Source of the DNA: Xylella taiwanensis
Lineage (GTDB): Bacteria > Pseudomonadota > Gammaproteobacteria > Xanthomonadales > Xanthomonadaceae
Direction of reading: 5' to 3'
DNA length: 32,000 nucleotides
Assembly: GCF_013177435.1 (NCBI RefSeq)
Contig: NZ_CP053627.1
Coordinates: forward strand, 1,080,001-1,112,000
Both the position numbers and the translations under genes were made by a program. Below the pieces are notes generated by a model that was given only the letters and a program-made list of their open reading frames with translations, ran no database searches and was not told the origin of the DNA. Shown piece by piece: positions 27,537 through 32,000 of the stretch (the stretch's first letter is position 1; each line of letters starts with the position of its first letter).

Positions 27537-28679
27537 ATGAAAGTAGTGCATGTTGTTCGTCAATTTCATCCATCGATTGGTGGAATGGAGGATGTGGTCT
27601 TCAATATTGCTATGCAGCTGCATTTGCAGGCTGGAGTTGATGCCGATGTCGTGACGTTGAACCGGGTATTTACCAAGTCTGACGTTCTTCTTCCAGCCAG
27701 TGATAAGTATCGTCATGTGTCGATTCGGCGCATTGGTTATCTTGGTTCTTCGCGTTATCCATTGGCACCAGGTGTACTGCGTATGCTGTGCACAGCGGAT
27801 GTGGTTCATGTGCATGGTATTGATTTTTTTTATGATTTCTTGGCTTTGACACGCATGTTGCATGGGAAACCGATGGTCGTTTCGACTCACGGTGGTTTCT
27901 TCCATACGACGTATGCCTCTAGGCTTAAAGTGCTTTGGTTCAATACCTTGACTAGGTTGTCCGCGTTGGCTTATGCGCGAATCATTGCGAGCAGTGAAAA
28001 CGACGGTACGTTGTTTGCAAAGATCGTTGCGCCGACACGATTGCGAGTCATCGAGAATGGCGTAGATGTGGAGAAATACGCAGGGTGTGGTTCTTCCGAA
28101 CCTGGGCGCACGTTGTTGTATTTCGGGCGTTGGTCAGTGAACAAGGGATTGTTAGAGACTTTGAAATTGCTCGGTGCATTGTATGCGACGGATCCCCGCT
28201 GGCGCTTGATCATTGCTGGACGTGAATACGATTACGATCAGGCTGCGTTGACGCATGCGGTGGAGACGCTTGGGTTGTGTGAGCAGGTGCATTTCCATTG
28301 CAATCCGTCACAGTCGCAGCTGTGTTTGCTTATGGAGCAAGCGCAGTTTTTTGTTTCACTATCACATCACGAAGGTTTCGGTATCGCTGCGGTTGAGGCA
28401 ATGAGTGCTGGATTGATTCCTGTGTTGAGTGATATCCCGCCGTTTGCGCGTCTACACCGTGAGTCCTGCTTAGGAGTTTTGGTTGATCCATTACAGCCAC
28501 AGCAAGCTGCGGTTGCTGTACAGGCGCTGGCAGTACAAGCGGATGCCAATTTCATCGAGTGGCGACGTCAGGCGATGGCTTTCACTGATCGTTATCACTG
28601 GCGTCACGTGATTGGTTGTTATATCGATGAGTATCGCAGGGTGCTTGGATTGAGCTGCGAGCAGGAGTTTCTGGGATGA
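27537..28679 (+). CDS. gumH: GT4-family glycosyltransferase (GDP-mannose:cellobiosyl-PP-lipid alpha-1,3-mannosyltransferase), GumH (380 aa)
   Basis: From ATG 27537 the sequence MKVVHVVRQFHPSIGGMEDVV..IGYLGSSRYP.AP.VL....ADVVHVHGIDFFYDFLALT...HGKPMVVSTHGGFFHT.YASR.K..WF.TLTR.SALAYARIIASSENDG.LFAKIVAP.RLRVIENGVDVEKYAG..GRT.LYFGRWSVNKGL.ETL..RWRLIIAGREYD..HEGFGIAAVEAMSAGLIPVLSDIPPF is colinear with X. campestris GumH. The length matches what I recall for GumH. Confidence 0.92.
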   Translation: MKVVHVVRQFHPSIGGMEDVVFNIAMQLHLQAGVDADVVTLNRVFTKSDVLLPASDKYRHVSIRRIGYLGSSRYPLAPGVLRMLCTADVVHVHGIDFFYDFLALTRMLHGKPMVVSTHGGFFHTTYASRLKVLWFNTLTRLSALAYARIIASSENDGTLFAKIVAPTRLRVIENGVDVEKYAGCGSSEPGRTLLYFGRWSVNKGLLETLKLLGALYATDPRWRLIIAGREYDYDQAALTHAVETLGLCEQVHFHCNPSQSQLCLLMEQAQFFVSLSHHEGFGIAAVEAMSAGLIPVLSDIPPFARLHRESCLGVLVDPLQPQQAAVAVQALAVQADANFIEWRRQAMAFTDRYHWRHVIGCYIDEYRRVLGLSCEQEFLG

Positions 28680-29290
28680 GCTGTATCTGTTTTGTTCTGG
28701 TTGTGTCCGGTATGTCGACACGGTGGGCTGTGCTGTTTTTTAGTGAGGTGCCATTGATAGCGAATAAACTTTATTTCCCTCAGTGCTACGTTGTGTTCTC
28801 GATTTCTGTGCAGATGCGTTACTTCTCGATGCACAAGATGCTACTAGGGCGTTGTGATCTGTGGTGCATGGAGCAGAATCCGAGGGTTGGTTTATGTGTT
28901 GTCAGTCATTCGAGCATTGTGAGGATCTGTCAGGCCGTCGAGTATAGCGATGGTGAATACACGTTGATCAATGCCTTACTGCAATATATGGCTAGGTTGC
29001 CGTGGGTGCTGTGTAGCAGCCAAATCGAATGGGTATTGCTGCTGTTGCGTCTGGCGCCGGTACCGCGGAGTGAGTCCAACGTGGTAATCGCAGAGCCGGT
29101 TGCTTTGAGTTGCGTGTTCTTGTTTCACGGTGAGCAGAATGAGGCCTTATTGATTGCTGCTAGTGTGCAGGGATGCGACAGTCTTTTTGGTGTGCTTGCG
29201 TTGCCGCAACGTGATCGACTCCGAATCGGGTGTCGGCATGACTACTGTTGTCTTGAGGTCCCGGGCCATAGCGGTGAGGTGATGATATGA
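28676..29290 (+). CDS. 204-aa ORF in the gumI position; probable internally deleted gumI (beta-mannosyltransferase) relic; function doubtful
   Basis: The ORF is open for 204 codons. Its ATG overlaps the gumH stop (ATGA, 28676-28679) and its stop overlaps the gumJ ATG (ATGA, 29287-29290). It has 13 Cys in 204 residues, unlike its neighbours. It is much shorter than the roughly 350-aa GumI I recall from Xanthomonas. Its N-terminal (RWAVLFFSEVPLIANKLYFPQCY.., YFSMHKMLLGRCDL) and C-terminal (SESNVVIAE..VFLFHGE..ALL...LPQRDRLRIG) stretches look GumI-like from memory, but I have not verified this. Confidence 0.45.
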   Translation: MSCICFVLVVSGMSTRWAVLFFSEVPLIANKLYFPQCYVVFSISVQMRYFSMHKMLLGRCDLWCMEQNPRVGLCVVSHSSIVRICQAVEYSDGEYTLINALLQYMARLPWVLCSSQIEWVLLLLRLAPVPRSESNVVIAEPVALSCVFLFHGEQNEALLIAASVQGCDSLFGVLALPQRDRLRIGCRHDYCCLEVPGHSGEVMI

Positions 29291-30819
29291 GTGACAGTGT
29301 AGTCAGTGCATCTGCGGCGTCTCAGCGTAGTTTGGCTTCGCGTGCAGCTGGCGGTGCTGTGGTAACGATGCTGGGACAAGGGGCGAGAGTGGTGATGCAG
29401 TTTGCCATTATCGTGTTGTTGGCTCGGTTGTTGACCCCTCACGATTATGGTCTGATGGCGATGGTGACTGCGATTGTGGGTGTGGCCGATATTCTTCGCG
29501 ATTTCGGTCTCTCTTCGGCGGCGATCCAGGCCAAGCACATCACCAACGCGCAGCGCGACAATTTGTTTTGGATTAACAGTGGTATCGGCTTGGCATTGTC
29601 ATTGGTGGTATTCGGTGCGGCGCAGGTGATTGCGAATTTTTATCGTGAACCAGCGTTGGTGACGATTACGCAGGTGTTGGCGATCAATTTTTTGCTCAAC
29701 GGCATGGCAACCCAATACCGCGCCAACCTTAGCCGCGAGATGCGTTTCGGTCAGCTTGCGTTGAGTGATATCGGTGCACAGGTATTGGGACTGTTGGTTG
29801 GCGTTGCTGTGGCGCTGTTGGGGTGGGGCGTTTGGGCGTTGGTGTTACAGCAGGTGGTGCAGGCTGTGATGAATCTTGCGATTGCGATGGTCTGTGCACG
29901 TTGGTTGCCAGGTGGTTATCAACGTGGTGTGCCGATGCGCACTTTCCTTAGTTTCGGTTGGAATCTAATGGTTGCACAGCTGCTTGCCTACGCGGATCGC
30001 AGTGTGGGCCAAGTGATCATCGGTTATCGGTTTGGCCCCAATGTATTGGGTTTATATAACCGTGCATTTCAGCTGCTGATGATGCCATTGAATCAAGTCA
30101 TTGCACCGGCCAGCTCAGTGGCGTTGCCGGTGCTTTCTCAGTTGCAAGATGATCGTGTGCGTTTCGATGCGTTCCTATTGCGTGGGCAAACGATCATGTT
30201 GCATGTGATTGTGGCGTTGTTTGCATTCGCTTGCGCACAGGCTACCCCGTTAATTGTGTTAGTGCTTGGTGAGCAGTGGCGTCCGGCGGTGCTGCTGTTC
30301 CAGATCCTAACGTTGGCTGGTATAACTCAGAGTGCTGGTTATGCAAGTTATTGGCTGTTCTTAGCACGTGGATTGATACGTCATCATCTTTTGTTTTCCA
30401 TTGTCAGTCACGTGTTGTTGGTAGTTTGCGTGTGCATTGGCGCTTATTGGGGTGTATTTGGCGTGGCTATCGGTTACAGCATCAGTCTGGCGATGATATG
30501 GCCATTGTCGATTGTTTGGGCAGCACGCGTTACACCGGTTCCTGGTTGGGAAATGTTTTTCAATGGAGTGCGTACGATCGCAGGTTACGGTTTGTGTGCA
30601 TCAGTTTCCACGTATGCTTCGCAGTGGTGGGGTGGGTCTAATCTGTGGGAGCAGTTGATCGTCGGTGCTTTGGCGATGTTGGGAGCTTTTGCAGTGTTAT
30701 GCGTGTTATGGACAGCATTTCGTCGTGATGTGCTGTCGATCCTTAAGATCGGTATGTTGTTTCCAGAGGTACCATCCTTTCCTCTAAGGATAATGAATAG
30801 AGTGAGGAAGGGTTCTTAA
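29287..30819 (+). CDS. gumJ: Polysaccharide repeat-unit flippase (Wzx / MOP superfamily), GumJ (510 aa)
   Basis: Polytopic protein with about 12-14 TM segments and the Wzx-type N-terminus (GGAVVTMLGQGARVVMQFAIIVLLARLLTPHDYGLMAMV..DFGLS.A.IQ). Its position after gumH/I matches the gum operon. GAGGTG lies about 6 nt upstream of the ATG. Confidence 0.9.
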   Translation: MSDSVVSASAASQRSLASRAAGGAVVTMLGQGARVVMQFAIIVLLARLLTPHDYGLMAMVTAIVGVADILRDFGLSSAAIQAKHITNAQRDNLFWINSGIGLALSLVVFGAAQVIANFYREPALVTITQVLAINFLLNGMATQYRANLSREMRFGQLALSDIGAQVLGLLVGVAVALLGWGVWALVLQQVVQAVMNLAIAMVCARWLPGGYQRGVPMRTFLSFGWNLMVAQLLAYADRSVGQVIIGYRFGPNVLGLYNRAFQLLMMPLNQVIAPASSVALPVLSQLQDDRVRFDAFLLRGQTIMLHVIVALFAFACAQATPLIVLVLGEQWRPAVLLFQILTLAGITQSAGYASYWLFLARGLIRHHLLFSIVSHVLLVVCVCIGAYWGVFGVAIGYSISLAMIWPLSIVWAARVTPVPGWEMFFNGVRTIAGYGLCASVSTYASQWWGGSNLWEQLIVGALAMLGAFAVLCVLWTAFRRDVLSILKIGMLFPEVPSFPLRIMNRVRKGS

Positions 30820-30887
30820 TTCATCCATTTTTAAGATGTTTTGAAAATTCATAGAACACGTTAATTCAGCAACCAAGGAGCGAGTTT

Positions 30888-32000
30888 ATGCATGCTTCTA
30901 CCAATACCGGATCAAATCACGCTGCAAGTGTTTCCATGATGTCCGTTCCAGTACGTCCCAATTATCTCGTACTGTCAGCCCAAGACTATCGCACGCCAAG
31001 TCGTGCCAGTATTCATTTCATTACCGATGAACTGGCCAAGCGTGGTGACACTCGCTTCTTTTCATTACGCTACAGTCGGTTGTCTAGGTTCAAGAACGAT
31101 ATACGTGTCCTTCTGGATGAAACTGCCAACTGTGTAGTTGAGTACAAGGGGGTGCATTGCTATCTGTGGCGTACTTTGGTCCATCCGTTCAATACGCGTA
31201 GACGATGGTTACGCAGTGTCGAAGATATGCTCTTCCGCTGGTATGTGCAGCATCCTCCAGAGATATTGTTGCAGTGGATACGCGAAGCCGACACGATCTT
31301 GTTCGAGAGCGGCACTGCAGTGGCGTTTATTGACATGGCGAAACGACTGAACCCGCGTGCTCAGCTTATCTATAATGGTTCTGACAGTCTTAGTGCGATT
31401 AATGTTGCGTCCTATATCGAGCGTGAATTTCAGAAGGTTGCTTCAAGCTTGGCTGTGATCACTGTAGTGTCTCCCGCAATGACTAGAGAGATTCCTAGCC
31501 ATGACAATGTGTTTTATGTCGGTCACGGGGTACTTCCGAATTTGGGTGAGCTTGGTGATCCATCGCCGTATGAGGAGGGTATCCATGCGGTATCGGTTGG
31601 TTCGATGTTGTTTGATCCCTTGTTTTTTGTGATTGCTGGGAAGGCATTTCCACACATTACTTTCCATGTCATCGGTTCAGGCATGGGGCGGCATCCTGAT
31701 TACGGCGATAATATCGTGGTTTACGGTGAGATGAAGTACGTTGAAACCATCCGCTATATCAAACATGCGTGTTTCGGTATTGCGCCGTATGTGTCACAGC
31801 AGGTGCCAGTGTATTTAGCGGACAGTTCGATGAAACTAATGCAGTATGACTTCTTTGGCTTACCGGCGGTATGTCCGCATGCGGTGGTCGGGTCCTATCC
31901 GACACGCTTTGGCTATACCCCTGGTAATCCCATTGAATTGGTGGCTGCGGTCGAGCATGCGTTGCAGGCGCCGCATCAGCAGTCTCGTCAATATTTGAGT
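30888..32000 (+). CDS. gumK: Glucuronosyltransferase GumK (GT70), N-terminal 371 codons; 3' end outside window
   Basis: This gene is absent from the supplied ORF track because the frame has no stop before the window edge. I translated it by hand from ATG 30888 (AAGGAG 7 nt upstream) and it is open for all 371 codons. The sequence ..[48 protein letters not shown]...[61 protein letters not shown]...L.VI..VSPAM..E....[63 protein letters not shown]...[43 protein letters not shown] is colinear with X. campestris GumK. Confidence 0.92.
   Translation, partial: MHASTNTGSNHAASVSMMSVPVRPNYLVLSAQDYRTPSRASIHFITDELAKRGDTRFFSLRYSRLSRFKNDIRVLLDETANCVVEYKGVHCYLWRTLVHPFNTRRRWLRSVEDMLFRWYVQHPPEILLQWIREADTILFESGTAVAFIDMAKRLNPRAQLIYNGSDSLSAINVASYIEREFQKVASSLAVITVVSPAMTREIPSHDNVFYVGHGVLPNLGELGDPSPYEEGIHAVSVGSMLFDPLFFVIAGKAFPHITFHVIGSGMGRHPDYGDNIVVYGEMKYVETIRYIKHACFGIAPYVSQQVPVYLADSSMKLMQYDFFGLPAVCPHAVVGSYPTRFGYTPGNPIELVAAVEHALQAPHQQSRQYLS

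Noticed and set aside
1-32000. Search for CRISPR arrays, IS elements with terminal inverted repeats, integrase or att sites, rRNA genes, and defence-system-like gene clusters
   Set aside because: No regularly spaced direct repeats, no transposase, integrase or recombinase-like translations, and no nuclease, ATPase or other defence-type ORFs were seen. All long ORFs are accounted for by housekeeping, efflux or gum functions.

Overview
This window looks like chromosomal DNA from a Xanthomonadaceae genome. It fits Xylella best, because the gum cluster has no intact gumG or gumI and GC looks moderate by eye.

Gene order:
- yahK-like alcohol dehydrogenase (5' end outside the window), then an MDR-type oxidoreductase, a badly decayed MFS transporter gene and a secreted hypothetical protein, all on +.
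- The RND efflux operon mdtA-mdtB-mdtC on the minus strand.
- queF on +, divergent from mdtA.
- About 3.7 kb (12.45-16.13 kb) with no long ORF. It appears to be made of gene relics: a ComF/phosphoribosyltransferase-like pseudogene, two translationally coupled small membrane ORFs, an orphan intrinsic terminator with a possible sRNA, and the N-terminal stub of a LysR-type regulator divergent from leuC.
- leuC, a 299-bp spacer, leuD, a 609-bp spacer holding a probable methyltransferase relic, then leuB.
- A roughly 0.7-kb AT-rich leader.
- gumB-C-D-E-F, a 446-bp gap where Xanthomonas has gumG, gumH, a 204-aa ORF where Xanthomonas has gumI, gumJ, and gumK.

gumK runs off the 3' edge, so it is missing from the supplied ORF track. 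I translated it by hand.

I found no rRNA, tRNA, CRISPR array, IS element, transposase or integrase.

I see no convincing novel multi-gene system here. The points most worth a second look are the gumI-position ORF, the gumG-sized gap, the relic-filled stretch upstream of leuC (including the small membrane-protein pair and the orphan terminator), and the decayed gene inside the leu cluster.

All homology statements rest on my memory of protein families and reading the translations by eye. No searches were run.
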